From contig CAJTVT010000011.1 of assembly GCA_910580015.1 (NCBI GenBank), positions 674-64,673 of the forward strand: a stretch of 64,000 nucleotides of DNA, written 5' to 3'. Origin of the DNA: an uncultured Lachnospiraceae bacterium. Lineage in GTDB: Bacteria > Bacillota > Clostridia > Lachnospirales > Lachnospiraceae. This document shows positions 50,767 to 61,162 of this stretch, one piece after another. The notes under the pieces are model-generated. The model was not told the DNA's origin. It worked only from the letters and a program-made list of their open reading frames with translations, and searched no databases. Both the position numbers and the translations under genes were made by a program. The first letter of the stretch is position 1; each line of letters opens with the position of its first letter.

Positions 50767-51978
50767 TCAGCGGTTAAAAGTCGTCGCCGCTGTTATCATT
50801 GCTATGGTAACTAGAAACATCACGGTTGTGGTGGTAACCACTTTTCCAAGCAGCCTGCCCCCCTCTCCTGCCCCTCCAATGCTTCCAATCATGCGTTTAT
50901 CTGCCACTGGCTGTATCATAGCTTCCAAAAGTTTATACAAAAACGTCATAACCCACACTTTGATCAACGGGCCAGCACACAACAACAGGAGCACAATAAT
51001 CGCCGCCAGTCCAATCCCGTTTTTTATGATAATCCCAGAACCAACCATGATCTCTGTCACTGCATTGATGGAAGCGCCAAGCCCTGGAACAAGTCCTGCT
51101 GTCTTGGCAATCATGCTGGATTTAAACGTGTCAATCACTGGCGTCAACAAATTTTGCACCACATTAATACCGATCACCACAGTAAACAAAAATTTCATAA
51201 TCCACAAAATTCCTGATTTCACCAGATTTGTCATTCTGGACAACATCTCTTCCTCTGTCAAATAATTCATCAGCTCCAACACCACATAGATTTGAATCCC
51301 TGGAACAATCAGATATTGCATCAACCATTCCATGCCATAAATCAGTAAAAACGTCAAATCATAAAATCCGGCTGCCGTGGTGATCTGACCAGAAAATACC
51401 AAACTTGTGGTAAAGGTCGGGATCAATATTTTCAGAAACGTCATCATCTGATCAATCACTCCCACTGTCACATCTCGCAGAATAAAAAAAGACTTCATCA
51501 AGAGTGCCATCAAAAGCATATACACCATATAAAAACTGATCTCCGTCACTGCTGGACGTTCAAATACGTTGGCAAAATTATATAAAATGGCAAATACCAT
51601 ACAAAGCAGCACCATCTGAATCATATTTCCCCGAAAGGACTGTATTTCTGAGAATACCGCAGAAAAAATCCCTTCCATCAGCCACCCCTTGTCAATCTCC
51701 TCTCCCTCCACAAGCAATTCCACCAATTTTCGAAAATCGAGACCTGCAATCTGTTCCTGCTGTCCAAGCAACTTGTCAATCTCTGAGAAATCCAGCTCAT
51801 CTAGATATCCCTCCATCGTCTCCTGCCATTCCTGATCCTGACGTAAAGGATTATCCTGCTGCAAGGGCGTTGCTGCCGCCAGCACTGTCCTACCTGTGCA
51901 AAACAAACACAACAAACTTGCAAAAATCAGGATTCCCATCCAGATTCTTTTTCTGTTCTGGATCTTTTTCCCATTCAT
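50767..51978 (-). CDS. spoIIIAE: Stage III sporulation protein AE
   Basis: Polytopic; VPG.G, IKNGIG, IQPVAD.R. Confidence 0.92.
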   Translation of the reverse strand: MNGKKIQNRKRIWMGILIFASLLCLFCTGRTVLAAATPLQQDNPLRQDQEWQETMEGYLDELDFSEIDKLLGQQEQIAGLDFRKLVELLVEGEEIDKGWLMEGIFSAVFSEIQSFRGNMIQMVLLCMVFAILYNFANVFERPAVTEISFYMVYMLLMALLMKSFFILRDVTVGVIDQMMTFLKILIPTFTTSLVFSGQITTAAGFYDLTFLLIYGMEWLMQYLIVPGIQIYVVLELMNYLTEEEMLSRMTNLVKSGILWIMKFLFTVVIGINVVQNLLTPVIDTFKSSMIAKTAGLVPGLGASINAVTEIMVGSGIIIKNGIGLAAIIVLLLLCAGPLIKVWVMTFLYKLLEAMIQPVADKRMIGSIGGAGEGGRLLGKVVTTTTVMFLVTIAMITAATTFNR

Positions 51979-52006
51979 ACATAATCCCTTTCTGTCCGCT
52001 TTTTGC

Positions 52007-52393
52007 TCAACTTAAAAAATCCCCAATTGTCTCTAGCAACACCATAATGACTGGCATACTAATCACCAAAATCGAAAGCTTTCCAAACATTTCAATCTGC
52101 CCTGCCACCGCCTGATAACCAGCATCCTTACACAAGCTGGCAGAAAATTCTGACACATAGGTAATGCCGATCATTTTGATCAAGATTCCAATATAGCTGG
52201 TGTCTAGATTCACATAGTCCTGCATACGGTTGACCACAGATATGACGAGCTGAAGCTTGGACATAATAAAATAAAAAATGCACAGAGATACCCCCAGGGT
52301 TACAAAGAGCTCGTATTCCTTTTTCTGACCCTTTAACATAATGCCAAGAAGGGCTCCCACAATCCCCATAATTGCAATTTTAACAATATCCAT
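52007..52393 (-). CDS. spoIIIAD: Stage III sporulation protein AD
   Basis: K.IGITY..EF...CKDAG...A.QIE..GK. Confidence 0.94.
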   Translation of the reverse strand: MDIVKIAIMGIVGALLGIMLKGQKKEYELFVTLGVSLCIFYFIMSKLQLVISVVNRMQDYVNLDTSYIGILIKMIGITYVSEFSASLCKDAGYQAVAGQIEMFGKLSILVISMPVIMVLLETIGDFLS

Positions 52394-52405
52394 GATTCCC
52401 CTCCG

Positions 52406-52600
52406 CTATAAGGCAAACAGATTTTTCATGGTTTCAAACAATTCATATATGTAAGGCACAATCCAAAACAGTACAATCAAAAGCCCTGCCAAGCTGGTGA
52501 GAAAAGCATGTTCTTCTCTTCCACTGTGCTTTAATACTTGGCTCAGCACCGTCACTAAAATCCCCACCGCCGCAATTTTAAAAATTAGACTTATACTCAT
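52406..52600 (-). CDS. spoIIIAC: Stage III sporulation protein AC
   Basis: IFKIAAVGILV.VL.QVLK.SGREE.A. Confidence 0.94.
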   Translation of the reverse strand: MSISLIFKIAAVGILVTVLSQVLKHSGREEHAFLTSLAGLLIVLFWIVPYIYELFETMKNLFAL

Positions 52601-52616
52601 AGCTTCCTCCGTATTC

Positions 52617-53132
52617 CTATATCAGGAGAATGACCAGAAACAACCCACACATCAGACTCAGCACACTGGACAACTTCTGCCTGTCCTTTAACTGTGCCTG
52701 GGCATTTTGAATCAGAACTTCGGCCTGTTCCATATAAAGCTCCAGATTCTTTAACTGCATCTGGCTATCCAGATAACCAAAATTTTCTCCGGCGCGCTGT
52801 AAAAGGCCCCGCTCCTGTTCGTCAAACAGAAATCTCCCCGACTCCTGCTCCACCAAACGACTCCAAAAATTTCCCATACTTTCCTCATTCGCATTCATCT
52901 CCTTTGCCGCCTTGGTAAGAAATCCACAAAAAGGTTCCTTGTTTTGAGACGCTATCTGCAAAAACGCCTCCTTTAATGGTGTTCTGGCATAGGAAATCTC
53001 TCCCCGCAGCATCAGAAACATTTCCTTCATTGCCACAAGTTGGTCTAAATGCTCCTGAAGTTCTCTTCGAATCCGAAAGCCATAGAGGAGCGATGCGCCA
53101 ATAATCAAAATACTGCCAATCAACTTCAACAT
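52617..53132 (-). CDS. spoIIIAB: Stage III sporulation protein AB
   Basis: MLKLIG, EI.Y..TPL, G..D...Q. Confidence 0.92.
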   Translation of the reverse strand: MLKLIGSILIIGASLLYGFRIRRELQEHLDQLVAMKEMFLMLRGEISYARTPLKEAFLQIASQNKEPFCGFLTKAAKEMNANEESMGNFWSRLVEQESGRFLFDEQERGLLQRAGENFGYLDSQMQLKNLELYMEQAEVLIQNAQAQLKDRQKLSSVLSLMCGLFLVILLI

Positions 53133-54064
53133 AACCTTTGCATCCTTTCATCATACACAGAGAATTTCCGTTCCCCTTCTGGATCCATCCACAAAAAAAC
53201 AAACCGCCCAAAAAAACCCTTTTCCAGCCATTTTGCCAGATACATTTTTTCCTGTAGCTCCCCTACATGTTGGGCGTGCATGGTCCCCAGAATCTGGCAG
53301 CCACAGTGCATGGCCTCCTCCACTGCCAGACAATCATCCTGACTTCCCAGCTCATCCACGGCGATAATCTGCGGCGACATACTTCGCAGTAGCAGTCTCA
53401 TTCCCTCCGCTTTGGGACAGGCATCCAGCACGTCTGTCCGGTTCCCAAGGTCATTTTGTGGAACCCCAAAGAAACAGGCCGCAATCTCACTGCGCTCATC
53501 CACAACGCCTACCTTTTTTGCCGCAATCTCTTTCGTACCATCCGAAAGTAGTCGAATACAATCTCGAAGCATTGTGGTTTTACCCACTCCTGGAGGTGAC
53601 AGAATCAACGTATTAAAAATTCCCGCATTCTGAACAATCCATGGAATCACTTCACTGGCACATCCTTTCTTCTGTCGTGCCACCCGAATATTAAGGCTGC
53701 ATATATTACGAAAGGCACGGATTTTTCCCTGTTCACAGGCTGTCCGCCCTGCTACGCCGACTCGATGGCCCCCCTCGATGGTAAAAAATCCATTGCGCAA
53801 CTCCTCCTCCAACGCATACATAGAATATTGGCTCATTCTGGACAACGTCTCTTTCATATCTGTCTCCCTCCAGATATAACTGTTCTCCTGACGATTCTGA
53901 AATCTCGTTTTGTCCTGATTCCAAAAATATTCTCTCCCTTTTCCCAGCACCATCACAGGACGCCCAATCCGCAGGCGAAATTCCTCTGGTTCTATCCCCT
54001 GTTGAAAACTGGCCTTACATAAGGTCCTCAATGCACTGGGAAACACATTGATAATTTCCTCCAT
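53126..54064 (-). CDS. spoIIIAA: Stage III sporulation protein AA (ATPase)
   Basis: GGHRVG, PPGVGKTT.LRD, VDERSEIA, RSMSP..IAVDE. Confidence 0.96.
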   Translation of the reverse strand: MEEIINVFPSALRTLCKASFQQGIEPEEFRLRIGRPVMVLGKGREYFWNQDKTRFQNRQENSYIWRETDMKETLSRMSQYSMYALEEELRNGFFTIEGGHRVGVAGRTACEQGKIRAFRNICSLNIRVARQKKGCASEVIPWIVQNAGIFNTLILSPPGVGKTTMLRDCIRLLSDGTKEIAAKKVGVVDERSEIAACFFGVPQNDLGNRTDVLDACPKAEGMRLLLRSMSPQIIAVDELGSQDDCLAVEEAMHCGCQILGTMHAQHVGELQEKMYLAKWLEKGFFGRFVFLWMDPEGERKFSVYDERMQRLC

Positions 54065-54110
54065 AAGCGTTCCTCCATAACGTTGTGTCATCTGCCTGTA
54101 TCTGGTTTTA

Positions 54111-54139
54111 AATATATGAGGACAAGAATCAAAATATTC
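54111..54139 (-). promoter_or_regulatory. Putative SigE promoter of the spoIIIA operon
   Basis: GAATATT-14-CATATATT. Confidence 0.6.
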
Positions 54140-54151
54140 CAAAAACAACAA

Positions 54152-54214
54152 GCGGGCCCGCATCAAGTGATTTCCCCATACAAAGTGGGGACTCTATCCT
54201 TGATGCGGGCCCGC
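54152..54214. terminator. Long stem-loop after the ABC exporter pair
   Basis: 16-bp arms GCGGGCCCGCATCAAG/CTTGATGCGGGCCCGC. Confidence 0.65.
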
Positions 54215-54237
54215 CCGCTGTCTTTATCAGTCACATG

Positions 54238-56076
54238 TTAAGCTGCTTCAAATTGTGAATTATAAAGTTCCGCATAGAAACCATTTTTTGCCAGCAATTC
54301 CTGATGGTTCCCTTGTTCAATAATATCGCCGTCCTTCATCACTAAAATCACATCTGCATCTTTGATGGTGGACAGACGATGGGCAATTACAAAACTGGTC
54401 CTGCCCTTCATCAGATTATTCATCGCCTTTTGAATCCGCTCTTCTGTTCTTGTATCTACCGAGGATGTGGCCTCATCCAAAATCAAAATAGGATTATCTG
54501 CTAAAATAGCCCTAGCGATCGTCAGTAACTGCTTCTGGCCCTGGGACACATTGCTTGCATCCTCATTCAACTCCATCTGATAACCGCCAGGCAACGTAGA
54601 AATAAAACGATGGGCATGTGCCGCCTTAGCCGCAGCTACAACTTCCTCATCTGTGGCATCCAATCGGCCATAACGAATATTTTCCATAATTGTGCCTTTA
54701 AACAGCCAGGTATCTTGCAACACCATTCCGAAATTCTCTCGAAGCTCGCTGCGATGGAAATCTCTCAAATCATGGCCGTCCACTTGAATGCTGCCTTTTT
54801 GCACATCATAAAATCGCATCAAAAGCTTCACCATTGTAGTCTTTCCCGCCCCAGTGGGTCCCACGATGGCCACCATCTGCCCAGGCTCCACCTTACAATT
54901 GAAATCATGGATAATCACCTGTTCTGGATCATACCCAAACTGTACATGTTCAAACGCAACTCGACCTTCCATCTTAGCCGCCTTGACAGGATTCTCTACT
55001 GATACCACTTCTTCCTCTTCATCTAGAAATTCAAAGACACGCTCTGCGGCTGCGGCAGTAGACTGGAGCATATTCGATACCTGAGCTACCTGGGAAATGG
55101 GCTGGGTAAACTGGCGCACATACTGGATAAAGGATTGAATTTCCCCCACCTCAATACTACCGCGGATCGCAAGCATGGCTCCAACCACAGCAACTGCCAC
55201 ATATCCCAGATTCCCCACAAACCCCATAATTGGCTGCATCATACCAGACAAAAACTGAGATTTCCAAGCAGATTGATATAAAATATCATTGGTCTCGTCA
55301 AACTCCCGTAACATATCTTCCTCTTTGTTAAATGCCTTTACAATATTATGACCACTGTAGACCTCCTCCACCTGACCATTAATCTTGCCCAGATATTTCT
55401 GCTGTGCAATAAAATATTTCTGAGAGAATTTTACTACAATGCCGATCAATACACCAGAAACTGGAAGAATCACAAGGGCAATCAATGTCATCACTGGACT
55501 GATGCTTAACATCATCACCAAAATACCCACTAAGGTAGCAACTGATGTGATAAGCTGGGTCACACTCTGATTTAATCCCTGACCTAAGGTATCTACGTCG
55601 TTGGTAATTCGAGAAAGCACCTCGCCTACTGTCCGAGATTCAAAATACTTCATGGGCATCCGATTAATCTTTTGAGAAATATCTTCCCGAAACCGGAAGC
55701 ATATTTTCTGTGTTATTCCCGTCATTATATAACCCTGAACAAAGGAACACAATGCACTGAACAAATAAATTGCCAGCAAGAACAATAAAATCTCTCCGAT
55801 TCTGCCAAAATCAATACCGCCAGCACCAGATACTTTGGCCACCAAGCCGTTAAACAACTCGGTCGTTGCATTTCCAAGAATCTTTGGCCCCACAATTCCA
55901 AATACTGTTGATGCCACTGCAAAAATCAAAACCACAAATACGCCGATTTTATAACGTCCCATGTACTGCAGAAGTTTTCTGACTGTACCACGAAAATTCT
56001 TTGCTTTTTCTCCAGGTGCTATTCCTCCTGGCCCATGTCCAGGTCCCATCCTTCTTGGCTGTCTCTGTTCGCTCAT
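54238..56076 (-). CDS. ABC exporter subunit (TMD+NBD), consensus-site partner
   Basis: GPTGAGKT, SQGQ, LILDEAT, AHRL. Confidence 0.94.
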   Translation of the reverse strand: MSEQRQPRRMGPGHGPGGIAPGEKAKNFRGTVRKLLQYMGRYKIGVFVVLIFAVASTVFGIVGPKILGNATTELFNGLVAKVSGAGGIDFGRIGEILLFLLAIYLFSALCSFVQGYIMTGITQKICFRFREDISQKINRMPMKYFESRTVGEVLSRITNDVDTLGQGLNQSVTQLITSVATLVGILVMMLSISPVMTLIALVILPVSGVLIGIVVKFSQKYFIAQQKYLGKINGQVEEVYSGHNIVKAFNKEEDMLREFDETNDILYQSAWKSQFLSGMMQPIMGFVGNLGYVAVAVVGAMLAIRGSIEVGEIQSFIQYVRQFTQPISQVAQVSNMLQSTAAAAERVFEFLDEEEEVVSVENPVKAAKMEGRVAFEHVQFGYDPEQVIIHDFNCKVEPGQMVAIVGPTGAGKTTMVKLLMRFYDVQKGSIQVDGHDLRDFHRSELRENFGMVLQDTWLFKGTIMENIRYGRLDATDEEVVAAAKAAHAHRFISTLPGGYQMELNEDASNVSQGQKQLLTIARAILADNPILILDEATSSVDTRTEERIQKAMNNLMKGRTSFVIAHRLSTIKDADVILVMKDGDIIEQGNHQELLAKNGFYAELYNSQFEAA

Positions 56077-58235
56077 CAGTCCGCACCTCCTTGATTTTTA
56101 AGTTCCTGTTCTGAAAGCTGGGATCTTGCAATCTCCTGATAGGTCTCACAGTTTGCCATCAGCTCATCATGAGTTCCCATACCCACAACGCCCCCATCTT
56201 CTAAGACAATGATCTGATCTGCGTGAAGTATGGTACTGATACGCTGCGCTACAATAATCACAGCAGCCTCCTCTGTCTTTTCCTGAAGAGCCTTTCTAAG
56301 CGTCACATCCGTCTTATAATCCAATGCGGAAAAACTGTCGTCAAAAAGAAATACCTTTGGATTTTTGGCAATTGCCCTGGCAATCGAAAGTCGCTGTTTC
56401 TGCCCTCCTGACACATTGGTGCCGCCTTGGGATATTGGACTTTCATATTCCTCTTCTTTTTCACAGATAAATTCCTTCGCCTGCGCGATCTCTGCGGCTT
56501 CTAACATCTGGGTCTCTGATACATTTCCAGAAAACTTAATATTCGAGGCAATGGTTCCAGAAAACAGCACGCCTTTCTGTGGCACATACCCCACAAGATC
56601 CCGAAGCTTTTTCTGCGTCATCTGTCGGATATCCACCCCATCCATGGTAATCCTTCCCCCTGTCACATCATAAAATCTCGGAATTAAATTCAACACAGTC
56701 GATTTTCCACATCCAGTGCTCCCAATTATGGCAGTGGTCCGCCCTGGACTAGCAGTAAATGAAATATGGCTCACCGCATCTTCCTCTGCACCTGGGTAAC
56801 GGAAGGAAACATCCTCAAACGCAACTTCTCCACACCAATCTTCTTTCTTATCGTCCATCGGAAGTGTTGGATCCAACACGGTCTCTGGAGTCTGTATCAC
56901 CTCTTCAATACGGTTTGCCGCCACTCCCGCACGAGGCAGCATCACAGAGATCATGGTAATCATCAAAAATGCCATGACAATCTGCATGGTATAAGTGATA
57001 AAGGCCATCATATCTCCAACCTGTAGATTTCCAAGATCGACTCCCTTTGCTCCAAACCAGACAATCAAAACTGTAATACAATTCATAATCAGCAGCATCG
57101 CTGGCATCATCATGGACATGACACGACTGGTAAAAAGCTGTGTCTTCATCAAATCTCGATTGGCGCCCTCAAATCGTTTCTCCTCAAATTTTTCTCTGGA
57201 AAAAGCACGAATTACAGAAATTCCTGTAAGAATTTCCCTGGAAACTAGATTTAGCCGATCTACCAACGTCTGCATTTTCTTAAACCTTGGCATGGTAACA
57301 GACATCAGCACACCCACCAGCAAAATAATACTTCCAACAGCAACGCCGATAATCCATCCCATTCCTGTCTTCGTACCGGCTACTTTGACAACGCCTCCAA
57401 TTCCGATAATTGGAGCATACATAATCATACGCAGCAAAAGTACAGTCACCATTTGTACCTGCTGAATATCGTTGGTGCTTCTGGTAATCAATGAGGCCGT
57501 GGAAAACTGCTCAATCTCATGATTAGAAAATGCAACCACCTTCTTAAATACCTTTCCTCGAAGGTCCCTACCCACCTTCGCAGAAACTCTCGACGCAAGC
57601 AGACCAGCTACAATGGATGCAAGAGTCATGACCACTGTCATAGCAAGCATTTTGCCTCCTGTCCGCAACATATAACGATTCTGATAGTCCTCCATATGAT
57701 AACCCAAAGCTTCATATTCTTCTCGAACCATCAATCTTGCCTTCTGAGAGATTATGGACTCACTCATATCTCCCATCTGTTTCTTCGCCTGTTCCTCTGT
57801 CTCAAGAATCTGCTCTTTGGTGATCTGTCCGCTGTCCAGCATCGTTCTCAACGTCTCCATATCCATGCCAGTCTCCTCTGTCATGGAAGACATCACCACC
57901 AATGGCATCCCCAAAATACGCTCCAATTCTTCTAATTCCACATTCTCTTGTAGCGTTAATTCATAATTGCCATTGGATAACTCCTGATAAGAGTCTCGCA
58001 ACTTCTTGGCATCTTGCTCTGAAAGAAACAAACAGAGATTCTCCATTGTATCTTCTCGCATTTCCTCTGGCACAGCATACGCAATGCCGCTTTGCTGAAT
58101 TCCAATATCCACAATATCTGACATATACTGGGGAAGCGATAAGTCACAATATGCCTGCACAATCAACAGTAAAAAAATTACAAATACTGCAAGTTTATGC
58201 CTTCCTAAATTCTTCAATATTTTTCCCATTTTCAA
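56076..58235 (-). CDS. ABC exporter subunit (TMD+NBD), degenerate-site partner
   Basis: GSTGCGKS, VSGGQ, FLFDDS, AQR; heterodimeric pair. Confidence 0.94.
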   Translation of the reverse strand: MKMGKILKNLGRHKLAVFVIFLLLIVQAYCDLSLPQYMSDIVDIGIQQSGIAYAVPEEMREDTMENLCLFLSEQDAKKLRDSYQELSNGNYELTLQENVELEELERILGMPLVVMSSMTEETGMDMETLRTMLDSGQITKEQILETEEQAKKQMGDMSESIISQKARLMVREEYEALGYHMEDYQNRYMLRTGGKMLAMTVVMTLASIVAGLLASRVSAKVGRDLRGKVFKKVVAFSNHEIEQFSTASLITRSTNDIQQVQMVTVLLLRMIMYAPIIGIGGVVKVAGTKTGMGWIIGVAVGSIILLVGVLMSVTMPRFKKMQTLVDRLNLVSREILTGISVIRAFSREKFEEKRFEGANRDLMKTQLFTSRVMSMMMPAMLLIMNCITVLIVWFGAKGVDLGNLQVGDMMAFITYTMQIVMAFLMITMISVMLPRAGVAANRIEEVIQTPETVLDPTLPMDDKKEDWCGEVAFEDVSFRYPGAEEDAVSHISFTASPGRTTAIIGSTGCGKSTVLNLIPRFYDVTGGRITMDGVDIRQMTQKKLRDLVGYVPQKGVLFSGTIASNIKFSGNVSETQMLEAAEIAQAKEFICEKEEEYESPISQGGTNVSGGQKQRLSIARAIAKNPKVFLFDDSFSALDYKTDVTLRKALQEKTEEAAVIIVAQRISTILHADQIIVLEDGGVVGMGTHDELMANCETYQEIARSQLSEQELKNQGGAD

Positions 58236-58394
58236 TCATCTTCTTCCTGTTTTTCGATTTTTCAGTCCATACTATTCCTTTTCCCAGTATTTGTCAATGT
58301 ACCAAATCTTAAACTTTCTAAAAATTTTATAAACTGCCCGAATCTGACAGCAAAACTCCGTGTTCTACAAGATATTTTTAACATTTCATATGTT

Positions 58395-59162
58395 CTAAAA
58401 CCCCTGCTGCATCATCCACATCTTCATAATCCACCGCTGAGGCAACACTTTAGAAGCCACATGGGCTGTCTTTGCATAAATTCCATAAACGGACATATCA
58501 TGGTTGCGCCTTGCGTCCCGCAGAGCCTTCTTTGCAACCCGATGTGGCTCCGTCATCCCAAAGAAATTATTGACCGTCTTTGGCGCACCAATTTTGGCCC
58601 TGTCATACAATGCTGTGCGCATCCAGCCAGGACAGACCGCCGTCACAGTAATACCTTTTTGTTTCACCTCCACCTGCAACGCTCTGGAATAATGCCTGAC
58701 AAAAGTCTTTGTCGAACTGTATATATTTTGATAAGGCAAGGGCTGAAACGAAGCCAGGGAAGAGACATTTAAAATATGGCTTCCCCGTCTCATAAAAGGA
58801 AGAGACAGCAATGTCATGGCCACCACTGCACTACAATTTACATCAATCATATTGATCGATTCTGGAACAGATATATTATCGTACGAGCAAAATTTTGCAT
58901 ATCCAGCATTATTAATCAGATATTTGATGTTTGGCTTTTCTTGCTTTATCACCTCTCCAAAGGACATAATTTCATCAAGATTTGACAAATCTACAGAAAA
59001 GATCTGGATCTTATCTCCAAACTGTTTTTGCACTTTCTTAAGCTTACGCTTATCTCTGGCAACCGCCCAAATCTCATCTAATTCCGCTTCCTTTCGCAAC
59101 AATTTTACAAATTCTTTTCCAAATCCGCTGCTTGCGCCTGTTATAAGTGCAATCTTTTTCAT
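58395..59162 (-). CDS. SDR-family oxidoreductase
   Basis: TGASSGFG, NNAG, YSSTK. Confidence 0.92.
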   Translation of the reverse strand: MKKIALITGASSGFGKEFVKLLRKEAELDEIWAVARDKRKLKKVQKQFGDKIQIFSVDLSNLDEIMSFGEVIKQEKPNIKYLINNAGYAKFCSYDNISVPESINMIDVNCSAVVAMTLLSLPFMRRGSHILNVSSLASFQPLPYQNIYSSTKTFVRHYSRALQVEVKQKGITVTAVCPGWMRTALYDRAKIGAPKTVNNFFGMTEPHRVAKKALRDARRNHDMSVYGIYAKTAHVASKVLPQRWIMKMWMMQQGF

Positions 59163-59193
59163 TGGCTGCCTCCTTTCTTTGTACCATGTTTTC

Positions 59194-59985
59194 TTAAATC
59201 AATCCATAATGCTTACATGCAAGATAAATCCCATCTTCCCACAGTGGAGCGGTCACATACTCTGCAACCTCTTTTGCCTGTTGCATTCCATCTCCCATGG
59301 CAACCGAATGGGCCGTATATTCCAACATATCCAAATCATTGGTACTGTCCCCAAAAGAATACGTATTTTCATGCGCAATTCCAAGTATTCTGCAAATTTC
59401 TTGAATTCCGGTCGCCTTATGAAATCCTTTTGGCACAATCTCCATAAAATTGCCTCCCCGATGGATCACCGTATATCCAGGTTCCAGCACATGTTCTAAC
59501 TCCTGTTGTTTTTTTGTGTCTTCCAGATAATTCACACAAAATTTACTGACCTCCAAACAATCCTCATTCCCTGTCACCCGCAGCATATTCTCTCCCATGT
59601 CCCGTTTCAGTTCTTGGGGGAAGGAAGAATCCTTTGGAAATCGCTCCTCATCCAGATACAGAAAATATCTTCCCTCCAAAATATATGCTGCTCCAAGGCT
59701 TCGCAAAAAATCATTGATCCGCTGAATCTCCTCCAAAGCAATCTTGTGATAAAATTTTACCTCTCCCTGAAATTCTCCATAAGTACCACAACCTGCCAAA
59801 ATACCATCAAATCCCAAAGGCATCAGCGCTTGGTCTGGAATAAATATTCTGGTCCTTCCACTGCTGATAAACAGATAATGTCCTTGATGTTTCATCTGTT
59901 GAAATGCTTCTCTTGTGCTGTCTGGAATCTGCTGCTTTTTATCCCAGATCGTCCCATCAATATCAAAAAATATCGCTTTTCTCAT
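59194..59985 (-). CDS. Cof-type HAD-IIB hydrolase
   Basis: FFDIDGT, SGR, FGDSTND. Confidence 0.92.
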   Translation of the reverse strand: MRKAIFFDIDGTIWDKKQQIPDSTREAFQQMKHQGHYLFISSGRTRIFIPDQALMPLGFDGILAGCGTYGEFQGEVKFYHKIALEEIQRINDFLRSLGAAYILEGRYFLYLDEERFPKDSSFPQELKRDMGENMLRVTGNEDCLEVSKFCVNYLEDTKKQQELEHVLEPGYTVIHRGGNFMEIVPKGFHKATGIQEICRILGIAHENTYSFGDSTNDLDMLEYTAHSVAMGDGMQQAKEVAEYVTAPLWEDGIYLACKHYGLI

Positions 59986-60884
59986 ATGTTTCCTCTCCAT
60001 GTCTGAAAATATTTGCTTATTGTATCATATTTTTCACTGAAAATGCTATTTTTGAGATACACAAAATTAAATTCTCTTTGAATTTCAAAACTTTCCACAG
60101 GAATTTCATATAAAATCCCCTCTTTTAATTCTTGTTCCACCACTGTCTCATACAGAAAGCTAATACCACAATTTCCTCCAACGAATTTACGAATCGCGGC
60201 CATATTGGAAACCTCGATCCGATTCTTAAATTTATCCAAGGACTGGTTATGTGTCTGCAAAAACTGTTCTAAAATCCCTCTGGTTCCAGATCCCTTTTCC
60301 CGTACAATCAAACGATTTTGAAACAATGCTTCCATGGGAATGCTGCCACCATTGCATTCTTTCTCATAAAAATTCCTGCCACAGACCCCAATATATTTTT
60401 CCCGTGAAATCAAATGATAAGAATATATACTTTTGTCAAATCTCCCCTCCACCACAGCAAATTCAATTTCACCTGCCTCCAGCAATTCCAAAAGACTTTC
60501 CGTATTTTTCACAGTGACACAGATATCTGTATCAGGATAATCCTCAAGATAACGTCCCAACACAGTTGGAACCACAAATTCCCCAACGGTCAATGTTGCC
60601 CCTAATACCAATTTCTCCTTTTTTCGTATACTGTCCTGCAAGACTTTCTGAATTTGCAGTTCATCGGCACACATAGAAGCTGCAAGACGTTCCAGAATCT
60701 TTCCCTGTTCTGTCAAAAAAACCTTCTTTCCCCTCATTTCCACCAGCGGTACCCCATAAAACTCTTCCAGATACCGGATATGTTGGGTCACTGCTGGCTG
60801 AGTAATATGTAGATTGGCAGACGCACGGGTATAATTCAATGTTCTGCACACCTCTAAAAATGTATAAATCCGACTGTCAATCAT
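59982..60884 (-). CDS. LysR-family transcriptional regulator (CysL-like)
   Basis: NYTRA...L.ITQPAVTQHI HTH; REKGSGTR. Confidence 0.92.
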   Translation of the reverse strand: MIDSRIYTFLEVCRTLNYTRASANLHITQPAVTQHIRYLEEFYGVPLVEMRGKKVFLTEQGKILERLAASMCADELQIQKVLQDSIRKKEKLVLGATLTVGEFVVPTVLGRYLEDYPDTDICVTVKNTESLLELLEAGEIEFAVVEGRFDKSIYSYHLISREKYIGVCGRNFYEKECNGGSIPMEALFQNRLIVREKGSGTRGILEQFLQTHNQSLDKFKNRIEVSNMAAIRKFVGGNCGISFLYETVVEQELKEGILYEIPVESFEIQREFNFVYLKNSIFSEKYDTISKYFQTWRGNI

Positions 60885-61162
60885 AGATCCCCTCCCTTTC
60901 TCCCAAGATGTATTCTCGGAGCCTCGCAAAATCAGGCACAAAGGGACTCCCAGAGTACATCCAATACGTTTTTTCGTTACTATTATAATATATTTTTATT
61001 ATTTTATAAATAATTATAATTTCATTTTATATGAAAATTTTGGTAAAATACAGTCACAAAAAAGATGTCTTCTTCCTTGTGATAAATCCTTGCCAGAACG
61101 GACACCATAGAGAAGAGAGCAGAAAAACATCATATCATATTTTTCTTATAAAGGAGGGTCTT